A stretch of 64,000 bases of DNA from a bacterium (GCA_013360215.1 JABWCP010000005.1:62001-126000); one strand, 5' to 3'; positions 10,621 to 20,882 are shown, counted from the first letter of the stretch. The notes: generated from the letters alone by a model not told the origin. Numbers and translations: made by a program.

Positions 10621-13089
10621 ATGAAAAACCTTACAAAAAAACTAATTCTTACATCGCTGATGGCTCTCATGGCTTTCAGTTCCGCCTTCGGGCAAAACGG
10701 TACTTTACGGGCAAAGTTCGTGAAAAGTACTGATGGTTCGCCGGTAACGGATGCGACATTTTCCGCCGTATTGGCCTCAAATAATCAAAGTTACGGTGTA
10801 CGGACGCCAAATGCTCAGGGTGAAATGGAGTGGTCATTACCGCCTGGAAACTATTACGTAAAACGGCAAACAGGAAACTATGTTGCCACCAACTCAGTTA
10901 CGGTTACCTTATTAGCAGGGGAGACAAATTCAACACTCGTGACCAATCCTACATCTCTTACCCCGCTCGCCTTTTTACGCGCTAAATTCGTGAAAAGCAC
11001 AGATGGTACGCCAGTAACCGATGCAACATTTACCGCAGTATTAACCTCCAACAATCAAAACCAAGGTACGCGCACACCAAATGCTCAAGGTGAAATGGAG
11101 TGGGCATTACCTCCAGGAAATTATTATGTAAAGCTTCTAACAGGATACTACGTTGCTACTAATTCTGTTACAGTTACTTTAGTTGCCGGAGAAACTAATT
11201 CTTCGCTCGTAACCAACCCCACTTCTTTGACCCCGAGTACCATCTTACGCGCTAAATTCGTGAAGACCACCGATGGTACGCCGGTAACCGATGCGACATT
11301 TACTGCAGTATCAACCTCTAATAATCAAAACCAAGGTACACGTACCCCAAATTCTCAAGGCGAAATGGAGTGGGTATTAGCTCCTGGAAATTATTATGTA
11401 AAATTACTAACAGGTAACTACGTTGCAGCCAACTCTGTTACGGTTACTTTAGCCAACGGTGAAACTAATTCTACTCTTGTAACCAATCCGACCCAAATAG
11501 TTCCTAAATCTATAATCAGAGCCAAATTCATTAACAGTCATGACGGAAGCCCAATAACAGACGCAACTTTTCGTTTTTTTGATCAAAACGGCAATTATTA
11601 TACAGCACAAACGCCTGACGCCAACGGAATTATCGAGTCAATGGTTTCACCGGCCAATTTTCGTGTGCAGTTACATTCAGGTCTTTATGTTGCATACACC
11701 AGCGGGTCCATTACCGTCGAGCCGGGAACCACAAATACCGCCTTTGTCGATACGGCACGTGTTCTTACCCCTCTGGGCGTCAAAGCGCATTTTGTCAACT
11801 CCAACAATACTGCAGTGATTAGCGGAAAAACCGTCAAAATCACAGATGGTTCTAATAATACAGTGGCCACACAAAACACCAACGCCAATGGCGATGTGTT
11901 GATACAGCTTGCGCCCGGCTCATATACGATGAAAGCCTTTGATAACGACGTCAATTATCAAACTCAAAACATCCCTATCACCATTACGAGCAGCGCTCTC
12001 TTGGATAAAGGCACCATTAATATGGCGCAAAATGTCTTCGCCCTTTCTTTTGACGGTGTCGGCGATTACGTGGATGCAGGCAATGATGCAAGTCTTGGAA
12101 CGGTTACGTCGGCTATTACTATTGAGACATGGATACTGCGAAAAACCGGAGGAAGCAATAGCCAACACGTCATCAGCAAAGGTGGCGGCTGGGGCAATAC
12201 CGGATTCAATCTGCACTTTTATTCTACAGGCGGAGAGCCCAACATGCTGCGTTTTGAAGTAAGAGGTAGTGGTGCTCTTATTTGGGATTTTTACAATGTT
12301 GTCACTAATATCGGTTATGATCAATGGCACCATTTAGCGGTAGTTTGGGATAAAAACACAATGCCAGCTCCTAAGGTAATTATTGATGGCACACTTGTGT
12401 ACAATGCCAGCGGGGATTACACAGGCACTATTAACGCAAGCTCATATAATCTATTTATCGGGCGTAACAGCGGGATCAACGGAGGCGATTTTAAAGGTAA
12501 TCTTGATGAAGTTCGCCTGTGGAATGTCGCTCGCACGCAAGCGGAAATTCAAGCTTCAATGAGCACTCATCTGTCTGGTTCTGAGTCCGGTCTGTTAGCT
12601 TATTATAAAACCGACGAAGGTACCGGATCTCTGATCAACGACATTGCCGGAGCTAATAGCCAGGGCGCTTTGATGGGAAATACGTCTTGGTTATCCACGA
12701 CCTTCCCCCATATCTCAGGCACCATGACAAAAATTTTGGCCGGCATTTTTTATGAATCAGCCTACACGGACACTACGGGCGAAATGAAAAAAGACTTGAG
12801 TACGATTCCTATGGAATTTGGCTTAGAATCCAACTTCCCCAATCCGTTTAACCCGACGACGACGTTGCGTTATGCGCTCAAAGAAGATGTGCGCGTCAGT
12901 CTGAAGGTATACAATCTTCTTGGTCAGGAAGTGCGTAACCTCGTCAATGAGTATCAGTCAGCCGGGTTCAAAAATGTGCTTTGGGATGGCAAAAACAATC
13001 AAGGCAAACAAGTACCGAGCGGTGTCTATATTTACCGACTTGAAGCCGGTAGCTTTAAAATGTCCAAGAAAATGAATCTTATTAAGTAG
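10621..13089 (+). CDS. Secreted surface protein: five ~90-aa beta-rich repeats, LamG-like jellyroll, C-terminal T9SS-A/FlgD-Ig-type sorting domain
   Basis: Signal peptide; GAGGAG SD; repeats LRAKFVKSTDG.PVTDATF; LamG motifs ALSFDGVGDYV, WHHLAVVWD, FKGNLDEVRLWN; C-terminus NFPNPFNPTT...WDGKNNQG...SGVYIYRL. Confidence 0.85.
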   Translation: MKNLTKKLILTSLMALMAFSSAFGQNGTLRAKFVKSTDGSPVTDATFSAVLASNNQSYGVRTPNAQGEMEWSLPPGNYYVKRQTGNYVATNSVTVTLLAGETNSTLVTNPTSLTPLAFLRAKFVKSTDGTPVTDATFTAVLTSNNQNQGTRTPNAQGEMEWALPPGNYYVKLLTGYYVATNSVTVTLVAGETNSSLVTNPTSLTPSTILRAKFVKTTDGTPVTDATFTAVSTSNNQNQGTRTPNSQGEMEWVLAPGNYYVKLLTGNYVAANSVTVTLANGETNSTLVTNPTQIVPKSIIRAKFINSHDGSPITDATFRFFDQNGNYYTAQTPDANGIIESMVSPANFRVQLHSGLYVAYTSGSITVEPGTTNTAFVDTARVLTPLGVKAHFVNSNNTAVISGKTVKITDGSNNTVATQNTNANGDVLIQLAPGSYTMKAFDNDVNYQTQNIPITITSSALLDKGTINMAQNVFALSFDGVGDYVDAGNDASLGTVTSAITIETWILRKTGGSNSQHVISKGGGWGNTGFNLHFYSTGGEPNMLRFEVRGSGALIWDFYNVVTNIGYDQWHHLAVVWDKNTMPAPKVIIDGTLVYNASGDYTGTINASSYNLFIGRNSGINGGDFKGNLDEVRLWNVARTQAEIQASMSTHLSGSESGLLAYYKTDEGTGSLINDIAGANSQGALMGNTSWLSTTFPHISGTMTKILAGIFYESAYTDTTGEMKKDLSTIPMEFGLESNFPNPFNPTTTLRYALKEDVRVSLKVYNLLGQEVRNLVNEYQSAGFKNVLWDGKNNQGKQVPSGVYIYRLEAGSFKMSKKMNLIK
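10705..11778 (+). repeat. Intragenic tandem repeat with 270-nt period (three close copies, one diverged; a fifth remote copy starts ~11779)
   Basis: Repeat starts at 10705, 10975, 11245 and 11515; near-identical DNA such as 'ttacgcgctaaattcgtgaa' in copies 2 and 3. Confidence 0.9.
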
Positions 13090-13111
13090 TCGTATTCTAT
13101 ATTATTATACC

Positions 13112-13146
13112 AGCCCCATCCGCTTATGCAGATGGGGCTTTTTTTT
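13112..13146 (+). terminator. Rho-independent terminator
   Basis: AGCCCCATC...GATGGGGCT stem followed by a T8 run, 23 nt after the stop. Confidence 0.88.
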
Positions 13147-13233
13147 GTCTGTTTTTTTTGTTATGAATGCAGCAAATGTATTTCAGGAACGCCTTGATAC
13201 GGCGTTCTTTCATCTAAAGAGTATCATTCGTTT

Positions 13234-14748
13234 TTGACATCCCAATCGTCGCAACACCACAAAGAAACCCGCGAAGTCGCCCGTGGGGCTTTTATCAACC
13301 TCATCGGCAATTTCGGCAAACTATCTCATTTTGCGTTTGATCTGATCGCTACGCGTGTGCTCGGGCAAACTCTTTTCGGTTACTTCAGCACGACATGGCT
13401 TTTGATGCACTTATCATTCATCGTGTGTTATTTCGGCGCACACCGGCTGGTGATTGATTTTGTCGTACGCTATAAAGATACCGACGAAGACGAATATTAT
13501 AAAAGCATCCTTGGCTATATCATCCTGAGTTTAGGGCTCAGCGCTTTCTTAGTACTCAATGTCTATCTTTTCGCCGATCATCTAGCCGCTTATATGGGCA
13601 AACCGCCCGTCGCCGACTATATGAAAATCATGGTATGGTGTGCACCGTTTTACTGTCTTACCACCATCCTCATGACCGCCACACGCGGCCTCAAAATCAT
13701 GAAACTTTGGGTTTTTATTCGCAATGGATTTGAACCGTTGGTGGATCTGATTCTGCTTCTCGTCGTGTTTTTTGTTTTCGGTTCGATAGCCGCACCGTTC
13801 TGGGCCAAAATGATCGCATTTACGCTCGGTAGCGGGTTATCGATATATTATTTTAGAAAACATTTTTCGATGCGGCGGATTTTTTCACATCTTCCGGATG
13901 GTTCGACTTGGAAACGCATTTTTTCTTTCGGCTTCCCGGTGATGTTTGCCGATTTTATTTCAGTAGTCATCCTTAAAGTCGAAATCATCCCGCTCAGTAT
14001 TCTCGTGCCGAGCGCACAAGTCGCCGTTTTTCAGGTCATCCTCAATACCGGCAACACCATGCGTAATATACCGCAAGCGATTGACCCTATCATGATGCCG
14101 GTCGTGGTCGCCATGCGCCAGCGCAATGATATGCGCGCCCTGGAGGGTATTTTTGCTACGCTGATTCGCTCAAGTCTTTTTTTGGCCTGTGGCTTTTTTG
14201 TTCTTACGACGATTTACGGTGATTTTTTACTGCGTATATTTGCTGACGAATTTGCTTATGCCGCCGGCGCATTATCTATCGTATGCTTCGGTATGATGAT
14301 TCATACCGTTACCAGCAACATTGAACCCGTCCTTGTCATGTCGGGGTATCCTTATTTGAATTTATTTAACAATGTATTTCTTGTTGCTGTGAGCATGACC
14401 CTTGATTTTATACTTATACCCACGTACGGGATATTTGGTGCGGCCATCGGCAATCTGACCGGATGTTTGTTAACTGCGGCTTTGCAAATCGCCGAGGTAC
14501 ACCTCATACTCAAAATACATCCTTTTCGTCGGGATCTTCTTCATATCGTATGGATTGGTCTTGGATGTTATATTATTTTTAAAGGCTTGGATTTTCTTTT
14601 TCCGGCGTGGACCGATCTTTTGATTTACGATATAATATGTGTTTGTATTTTTACGGCGTTTTATCTTTATGTCGGATGGAAACTGTTTTTACACGATGAG
14701 GAACGTATCTTGTTTTCATCCATGATACACAAACCCCAATCCGAATAG
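13234..14748 (+). CDS. Polysaccharide/oligosaccharide flippase (Wzx/MOP superfamily)
   Basis: About 12-14 hydrophobic segments; ATRVLGQTLFGYFS and LIPTYGIFGAAI motifs typical of Polysacc_synt; TTG start. Confidence 0.8.
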   Translation: MTSQSSQHHKETREVARGAFINLIGNFGKLSHFAFDLIATRVLGQTLFGYFSTTWLLMHLSFIVCYFGAHRLVIDFVVRYKDTDEDEYYKSILGYIILSLGLSAFLVLNVYLFADHLAAYMGKPPVADYMKIMVWCAPFYCLTTILMTATRGLKIMKLWVFIRNGFEPLVDLILLLVVFFVFGSIAAPFWAKMIAFTLGSGLSIYYFRKHFSMRRIFSHLPDGSTWKRIFSFGFPVMFADFISVVILKVEIIPLSILVPSAQVAVFQVILNTGNTMRNIPQAIDPIMMPVVVAMRQRNDMRALEGIFATLIRSSLFLACGFFVLTTIYGDFLLRIFADEFAYAAGALSIVCFGMMIHTVTSNIEPVLVMSGYPYLNLFNNVFLVAVSMTLDFILIPTYGIFGAAIGNLTGCLLTAALQIAEVHLILKIHPFRRDLLHIVWIGLGCYIIFKGLDFLFPAWTDLLIYDIICVCIFTAFYLYVGWKLFLHDEERILFSSMIHKPQSE

Positions 14749-14777
14749 TCACCGTGTTTTATAAAAGGAAGTAACCG

Positions 14778-15677
14778 ATGAAAATCACCGCCTTTTTTTT
14801 ATTTGTTTCATTCTCAGCTTCGCAACTATTCGCGCAAGCTGCGGAATCCAAAACTACTGTGGCCGTACTGCCGCCGGATATTACCAAAATTGTAACTAGC
14901 GCCGCGACCGGCTCATCGGAAGTCAACGCCATTGCCGATGCACTGACTCAAAAAATCGTTTCGACGCTCGTTGGGTTAAAACGAATCGCCGTCGTAGAAC
15001 GCGCGGCAATGGATAAAATTCTTAGCGAACAGGATTTCCAAATGTCGGATCTCGCCGCTGAAAATACACCGGTACGATTGGGGGAACTGATGGGCGCGGA
15101 TTTTCTGGTTATTTTGCATCTCTATCAGGCACAGACGACCCTCGTCACTCAGACCGAAGAAGAAAAACAAACCTGGGGTGATCGTGGTACGCAGTATAGC
15201 GGCCTTCTAGAATATGGCATCCGCCTTGTGCAAGTATCTACGGGCGAAGTAACTACCACCAAAAACCTAAAAGGCGACACGGGATTTCTCGCTTATACGA
15301 CCACGACCGAAGCACTATCGAACGCACTGAATATGAGCAGCGACAAGCTGAAAGATTGGCTCAAAACATCGTTTCCTGTGCGAGGGAAAATTTTTGAAAT
15401 TCTAAAAGAGAAAAAAGGCGAGGCCGTGTCCGTAGCGATCACTTGCGGCAGCGCATCCGGTGTACGAAAAAACGATGCCTTTAAAGTCGTCGAATATACA
15501 GAAGTCGAATTGGATGGGAAAAAAGTAAAACGCTCCAAGGATATCGGCAAAATCAAAGTCAGCAAAACCGAATCCGACGGTATTTTTTCTACATGCGAAG
15601 TCATCAACGGCGGTAAAACCATAACATCAAAAATGAAATCAGGCTCTCAATTAGATGTGATATTAGTCAAAGATTGA
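14778..15677 (+). CDS. Exported CsgG/HfaB-family protein
   Basis: Signal peptide; VAVLP...VVERAAMDKILSEQ...LGELMGADFLV...RLVQVSTGEV pattern; FlgT-C-like beta C-terminus. Confidence 0.75.
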   Translation: MKITAFFLFVSFSASQLFAQAAESKTTVAVLPPDITKIVTSAATGSSEVNAIADALTQKIVSTLVGLKRIAVVERAAMDKILSEQDFQMSDLAAENTPVRLGELMGADFLVILHLYQAQTTLVTQTEEEKQTWGDRGTQYSGLLEYGIRLVQVSTGEVTTTKNLKGDTGFLAYTTTTEALSNALNMSSDKLKDWLKTSFPVRGKIFEILKEKKGEAVSVAITCGSASGVRKNDAFKVVEYTEVELDGKKVKRSKDIGKIKVSKTESDGIFSTCEVINGGKTITSKMKSGSQLDVILVKD

Positions 15678-15705
15678 TCTTATAGATATGTAAAAAATAA
15701 AGGAC

Positions 15706-18519
15706 ATGATCATGCAACGAAGAACGTTTGTTCTGCTTTTTTTATCGCTTAGTCTTACTTCGCTTTTCGCACAAACCGGCGAAACGATACCCATGGATCC
15801 TGCGGTACGCAGCGGCGTATTGTCCAACGGTTTAAGATATTTTATCAAAACCAATGCGCGCCCAGAAAAACGTGTGGAATTGCGTTTGGCGGTCAATACC
15901 GGCTCCATCATGGAAGATGACGATCAACTTGGTCTGGCGCATTTTGTAGAACACATGGCTTTCAACGGTACGACACATTTTCAAAAAAATGATTTGATCA
16001 GCTATTTGCAGTCGGCCGGCGTCAAATTTGGCGCACATATCAACGCGTATACGTCGTTCGATGAAACCGTGTACATGCTTACACTACCCAGCGACAAACA
16101 GGATATTATTCACAACGGATTCCTCATTCTGGAAGACTGGGCGCACGGCATCACATTTGACAGCCTCGAAATCGAAAAGGAGCGTGGCGTTGTGATCGAA
16201 GAGTGGCGTACCGGTATCGGCGCTCAGCAGCGCATGCGCGATCAATATTGGCCCAAATTATTTTACGGTTCGCGTTATGCCGAACGTATGCCGATCGGAA
16301 AAAAAGAAATTCTCGAAAAATTTTCCCACGCTTCGATCAAACGTTTTTACAAAGATTGGTACCGCCCCGAACTGATGTCCGTCATCGCGGTCGGCGACAT
16401 CCAACCGGACTCCATCGAATATCTGATTCGCAAGCATTTTTCAAATATTGCTACGTCGGATGCCAAAAAAGTGCGCCCGCGTAATGATTTTCCCGTACCT
16501 CCGCATAAAGAAACATGGACTGCCGTTGCGCGTGACAAAGAAGCGCCCAACACAATGGCCCAGATTTTTTACAAACACCCATCCCAAACCGTACGTTCAG
16601 TTCAGGATTATCGTACGTCCCTATTGCGTATGCTGTACACCGGGATGCTCAATAAACGTATGGAAGAACTGACTCAGCAAGCCAATCCTCCTTTTGTTTT
16701 TGGCGGAGCTTTTTATGGTAATTTTATGCGTGCCACGGATGTGTATGCCGTGTATGCGGGTACGGGCGAAACGGCTCTGGAACGAGGACTCCTCGCCGTA
16801 CTCATCGAAAATCGTCGTGCACAGCAGCACGGTTTTTCTCGCGATGAAATGGAAGATTATAAAAAAGAAATCCTTTCGAACTATGAATCTTCATACAATA
16901 ATCGCGACAAAGTGCTTTCTTCATCCCTTGCCGATGAATTCGTAGAATATGCCCTTACCGCAGAAGCCGCACCCGGCATGGCATGGGAATACGAGACCGT
17001 TAAACGTCTTCTTCCCACGATCACCGTTGATGAGATTCATGCTTTGGCCGCCCAATGGATTACCACGGAAAATCGTATCGGCGTCGTCACCGCACCCCAA
17101 AATGAGACCGTAAAACTTCCCGACGAAGCGCGTTTGCTTGCGCTAATAGACTCTGTAGCAACGATCCAAACAGCACCGTACGTATATAAAACCGTACAGG
17201 TACCGCTTTTAGCTACGTTGCCCCGTCCCGGCAAAATCGTCAAAACAAAAACACTCAAAGAAATTGCCGCTGAAGAATGGACGTTATCCAATGGAATGAA
17301 AGTGATTTTGAAACCGACCACCTACATGACCGATGAAATCAAATTCAGCGCATACAGCTTTGGCGGATGGTCGCTTGGTGCACCCTCTCAGGATATGTCT
17401 GCTATTTACGGCATGGCACCACTGGGTGAAGGAGGCATCGCTGAATTTTCTAAAACCGATTTGGAAAAAATTCTATCCGGCAAAAATGTATCCGTTTCGA
17501 CAGGCATTCGCATGTTGAGTGAAACCATATCCGGGCAGTCGCTTAAAAAGGATATGGAAACTATGTTCCAACTGATCTATCTCAACTTTACTGCACCGCG
17601 ATTGGACACTACGGTTTTTTACGCCTTGCTCAGCCGGCAAATGGCCTACATCAAAAACCTGGACAACGATCCCCGCTTTGTGTTTAGCAACGAACTCAAT
17701 CGCGTTGTCAGCCGAGATCATCCCCGTGATCCCTCGGTTTTGCGGCGTGAACGTTTTTCAGAAATCAATCCACAAACGGCATTGGCGATATACCTTGATC
17801 GTTTTGCCGAAGCCGGCGATTTCGTAATGACGATCGTCGGCAGTTTTGAGATCGAGACGATGCGACCTTTTGTCGAACGTTATTTGGCCGGTTTACCTAC
17901 GACCGGACGTAAAGAGACATTCAAAGATCTCGGAATTCGCAGGCCGGATCGGAATATGGATACCACGATTTATCGCGGTGTAGATCCGCGTGCTCAGGTC
18001 AATATGCAGTTTCACGGTGCTTTGAAAAAATACGACGATCTTTTTTTATTGCGCGCTACGGCAATGCTTTTGACCAATAAACTCATCGAAAACCTCCGCG
18101 AAGACAAAGGCGGAGTGTATGGCACAAGCGCCAATGCGTACGCCAATAAATATCCGGTATCTAATTACGCCGTGATCATCGGTTTCTCGTGCGCACCGGA
18201 GCGATTAGATTCCCTGATCGGTGCAGTGCACGAGGAGATTCGTAAATTAGCCGAAAATGGTCCGGCCGAATCCGATGTAAACAAAATCCGTGAAGCATTG
18301 CGCCGTGATCTGGAGCGGAATCAAAAAGAGAACGCTTACTGGTTACGATGGATCGAAAACGCTTATTACGAAAACGCTTCCATCAAAAACATTACTCCCG
18401 AAGCACAGGAAAAAATGATCCGTCGTTTATCGGCAAAAGATATTCGCAAAATCGCTCAAAAATATATTCAAAACGGCCACGCACTGATTTTTAAAATGCG
18501 GCCGGAGGAAAAAAAGTAA
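15706..18519 (+). CDS. M16 family zinc protease (PqqL-like), exported
   Basis: GLAHFVEHMAFNGT (HxxEH); NAYTSFDETVY; second half LSNGMKV and LREDKGGVY. Confidence 0.93.
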   Translation: MIMQRRTFVLLFLSLSLTSLFAQTGETIPMDPAVRSGVLSNGLRYFIKTNARPEKRVELRLAVNTGSIMEDDDQLGLAHFVEHMAFNGTTHFQKNDLISYLQSAGVKFGAHINAYTSFDETVYMLTLPSDKQDIIHNGFLILEDWAHGITFDSLEIEKERGVVIEEWRTGIGAQQRMRDQYWPKLFYGSRYAERMPIGKKEILEKFSHASIKRFYKDWYRPELMSVIAVGDIQPDSIEYLIRKHFSNIATSDAKKVRPRNDFPVPPHKETWTAVARDKEAPNTMAQIFYKHPSQTVRSVQDYRTSLLRMLYTGMLNKRMEELTQQANPPFVFGGAFYGNFMRATDVYAVYAGTGETALERGLLAVLIENRRAQQHGFSRDEMEDYKKEILSNYESSYNNRDKVLSSSLADEFVEYALTAEAAPGMAWEYETVKRLLPTITVDEIHALAAQWITTENRIGVVTAPQNETVKLPDEARLLALIDSVATIQTAPYVYKTVQVPLLATLPRPGKIVKTKTLKEIAAEEWTLSNGMKVILKPTTYMTDEIKFSAYSFGGWSLGAPSQDMSAIYGMAPLGEGGIAEFSKTDLEKILSGKNVSVSTGIRMLSETISGQSLKKDMETMFQLIYLNFTAPRLDTTVFYALLSRQMAYIKNLDNDPRFVFSNELNRVVSRDHPRDPSVLRRERFSEINPQTALAIYLDRFAEAGDFVMTIVGSFEIETMRPFVERYLAGLPTTGRKETFKDLGIRRPDRNMDTTIYRGVDPRAQVNMQFHGALKKYDDLFLLRATAMLLTNKLIENLREDKGGVYGTSANAYANKYPVSNYAVIIGFSCAPERLDSLIGAVHEEIRKLAENGPAESDVNKIREALRRDLERNQKENAYWLRWIENAYYENASIKNITPEAQEKMIRRLSAKDIRKIAQKYIQNGHALIFKMRPEEKK

Positions 18520-18705
18520 CATGCGCCGGACAGACTTTGTCAAGTTATGACATACTCTTGATAAGGCGTCACGATGCGCATATATTGATAAATATAGTAA
18601 TGTAACACCTGCTTATCGCGTTGCAATCAACATGACGATGAATTCTTCGATGAATTCATATCTGTTTTAATCAGCCCAACCGATAAGCTCACATAGATTC
18701 CGCTC

Positions 18706-19845
18706 ATGCTTTCAAAAGTCATCGGCCAGGAGGCCGCTAAAAAACAGATACTCACGGCATTTGCCAACGACCGCATGGCACACGCCTATCTCATTGCCGG
18801 CGATGAAGGATTGGGTGCCGAAGAATTGGCACTGGAAGCAACACGCTTTATACTATGCAAACATCCGGATCGCGAACGATGGGAACCGTGCGGAGAATGC
18901 GCCAATTGTAAAAAAATGGCGACCCTGCAGCATCCCGATGTGCACTATTATTTTCCGGTGATGCGGGCCACCGAAGAAGATGAACAGCGTCGTTTATTGG
19001 AAGAAAAAACGCGAAACCTATACGCCCGGGTTCGCATCGCCAATGGCAGTATTCCTATCGGCGACCCCGAAAATCCGGAAGTCAATTCGATTCGCGGGCT
19101 CTCCCGCGCGATCAGTTTGCGTTCGTTTGAAGGCGAACTCAAAATTTTTATTCTGACATTTATCGAAGATATGCACGCGGAAGCAACCAATGCCGTTCTA
19201 AAAATCCTTGAGGAACCGCCGGCATCCACGTTATACTTTCTCACCACGACCAATATTCACAGCCTGCTACCGACGATCATATCGCGCTGTCAGATCGTCA
19301 AACTGCACCGCCTCACGGATGATCAACTATTAGACGGTATCCGTCGCCACCACGATGTAGCTGAAAACCAGGCCAAATTCATTAGCCGACTGGCCAACGG
19401 TAACTATTATCAGGCCAGTGAACTGATCTCCGGAGACTTTCCGCGAAAGCGTGAAGCCATGCTGGAGTTCTTATTGGCAGCGATGTCTAATAAATCAGCA
19501 TCCATCCAGACGATCATCGAACAGTGGAACGAAGAGGCCGAAAAGGATAAGAGTTTTTATACGGACATTTTAACGATGTTGATAACCTGGTTTCAGGATG
19601 TCGTGTATATGCGCGAATTGGGTGAAGACAAGTCACTCATAGATCGCTTTTTGATCAATGAAGATAAAACTGAACGACTTGAAAAATTCATCAAAGCTTT
19701 TCCCCGTGTTCGCGTCGAAGAAGCTCTGTCTGAAATCGAAAAAGCGGTTGACCTTATAGGGCGAAATATCTATATTAACCTAATTTTAATGAATTTAGGG
19801 TTGAATCTTCGTTCCATCGTCAACCCTTCATCCGGTAAATCCTAA
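18706..19845 (+). CDS. holB: DNA polymerase III subunit delta'
   Basis: VIGQE; HAYLIAG; Zn module C..CGECANC; HPDVH; NAVLKILEEPP; LLPTIISRC. Confidence 0.9.
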   Translation: MLSKVIGQEAAKKQILTAFANDRMAHAYLIAGDEGLGAEELALEATRFILCKHPDRERWEPCGECANCKKMATLQHPDVHYYFPVMRATEEDEQRRLLEEKTRNLYARVRIANGSIPIGDPENPEVNSIRGLSRAISLRSFEGELKIFILTFIEDMHAEATNAVLKILEEPPASTLYFLTTTNIHSLLPTIISRCQIVKLHRLTDDQLLDGIRRHHDVAENQAKFISRLANGNYYQASELISGDFPRKREAMLEFLLAAMSNKSASIQTIIEQWNEEAEKDKSFYTDILTMLITWFQDVVYMRELGEDKSLIDRFLINEDKTERLEKFIKAFPRVRVEEALSEIEKAVDLIGRNIYINLILMNLGLNLRSIVNPSSGKS

Positions 19846-19892
19846 ACCAATATGGGAAATAGTCGCCGGTAAAACGGTGATTTATATATTTT

Positions 19893-20882
19893 ATGCAAAA
19901 TCCTATTCAGGTTGAGTTTAAAGCCAACCGCAAGGAGATCTTTCTCAATAAGAACAATCTGGTCGTCAAAGTCGGCGACCACGTTATCGTGCAATGCGAA
20001 AACGGCGTTGATATGGGTAAGGTCGCTCTGACTCACGAACAAATACCCGAAGATCTCACCAAAGACAAAGAATTGCGCCAATTCATCCGGGTTGCTAATC
20101 CGGATGAAATCAGCAAATTGGCCGATAACCGCAACGAAGAAGAAAAAACCAAAGCGGTCGTAAAGCAAAAAATCATAAAACACGGCCTTAAAATGAAACT
20201 GGTGGATGCGGAATACCAGTTTGATCGTAAAAAAATCGTGTTCTTTTTCACCGCTGAAAAGCGCGTGGATTTCCGTTCTTTAGTCAAAGATTTGGCCGGC
20301 GAATTTAAAACCCGCATCGAGTTGCGGCAGATCGGTGTGCGCGATGAAGCCAAACGTGTTGACGGTTACGGTCCGTGCGGTAAACAGCTTTGCTGTTCGG
20401 GGCATTTGACCGAATTCCAGCCGATCACCACGGAGTATGCTAAAGATCAGGGCTTACAACTCAATCCTTCCAAGCTGACAGGATTGTGCGGACGACTCAA
20501 GTGTTGTTTGGCATACGAACGTGATTTTTATGTTAATACGTTATCTCGATTTCCGGGTGTCGGTTCTCCGATCAAAACCAAAAAAGGCCGCGGTGAGATC
20601 AAACATCTTGATATCATCGGCAACAAAGTCCACATCAAACAAGACCATGATAACGAATGGGAAACGCTCACACTGGAAGATGTCGCCGACATTCTCGGCA
20701 TTGACATGAGTGATATACATGGTTGCGGCAGCGGTTGCGCTTCGGGCGGCGACGGTTGCCAAAGCGGTAAATGCAATACCCACGATCACGTGGAGGAAGG
20801 CACGATGCAAAATCCGCTCAAAGATTTTATGGAAAATGATCCTTTTTTTGACCAATACAACTTTCCGCGTCCGAAAATCTGA
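19893..20882 (+). CDS. ricT: PSP1-domain protein RicT/YaaT family
   Basis: RVDFRSLVKDLAGEFKTRIELRQIGVRDEAK; GPCGKQLCC; KLTGLCGRLKCCLAYE; directly downstream of holB. Confidence 0.9.
   Translation: MQNPIQVEFKANRKEIFLNKNNLVVKVGDHVIVQCENGVDMGKVALTHEQIPEDLTKDKELRQFIRVANPDEISKLADNRNEEEKTKAVVKQKIIKHGLKMKLVDAEYQFDRKKIVFFFTAEKRVDFRSLVKDLAGEFKTRIELRQIGVRDEAKRVDGYGPCGKQLCCSGHLTEFQPITTEYAKDQGLQLNPSKLTGLCGRLKCCLAYERDFYVNTLSRFPGVGSPIKTKKGRGEIKHLDIIGNKVHIKQDHDNEWETLTLEDVADILGIDMSDIHGCGSGCASGGDGCQSGKCNTHDHVEEGTMQNPLKDFMENDPFFDQYNFPRPKI

Noticed and set aside
10705-11778. Regularly spaced repeats considered as a CRISPR array or DGR template
   Set aside because: In-frame 270-nt coding repeats with no unique spacers, and no cas or reverse transcriptase gene in the window
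14778-15677. Curli secretion system
   Set aside because: Only a CsgG-like domain; no curlin or csgE/F genes and no lipobox
18790-18830. Degenerate Walker A (GDEGLGAEE) in holB
   Set aside because: Delta-prime is normally ATPase-inactive; not evidence of a pseudogene
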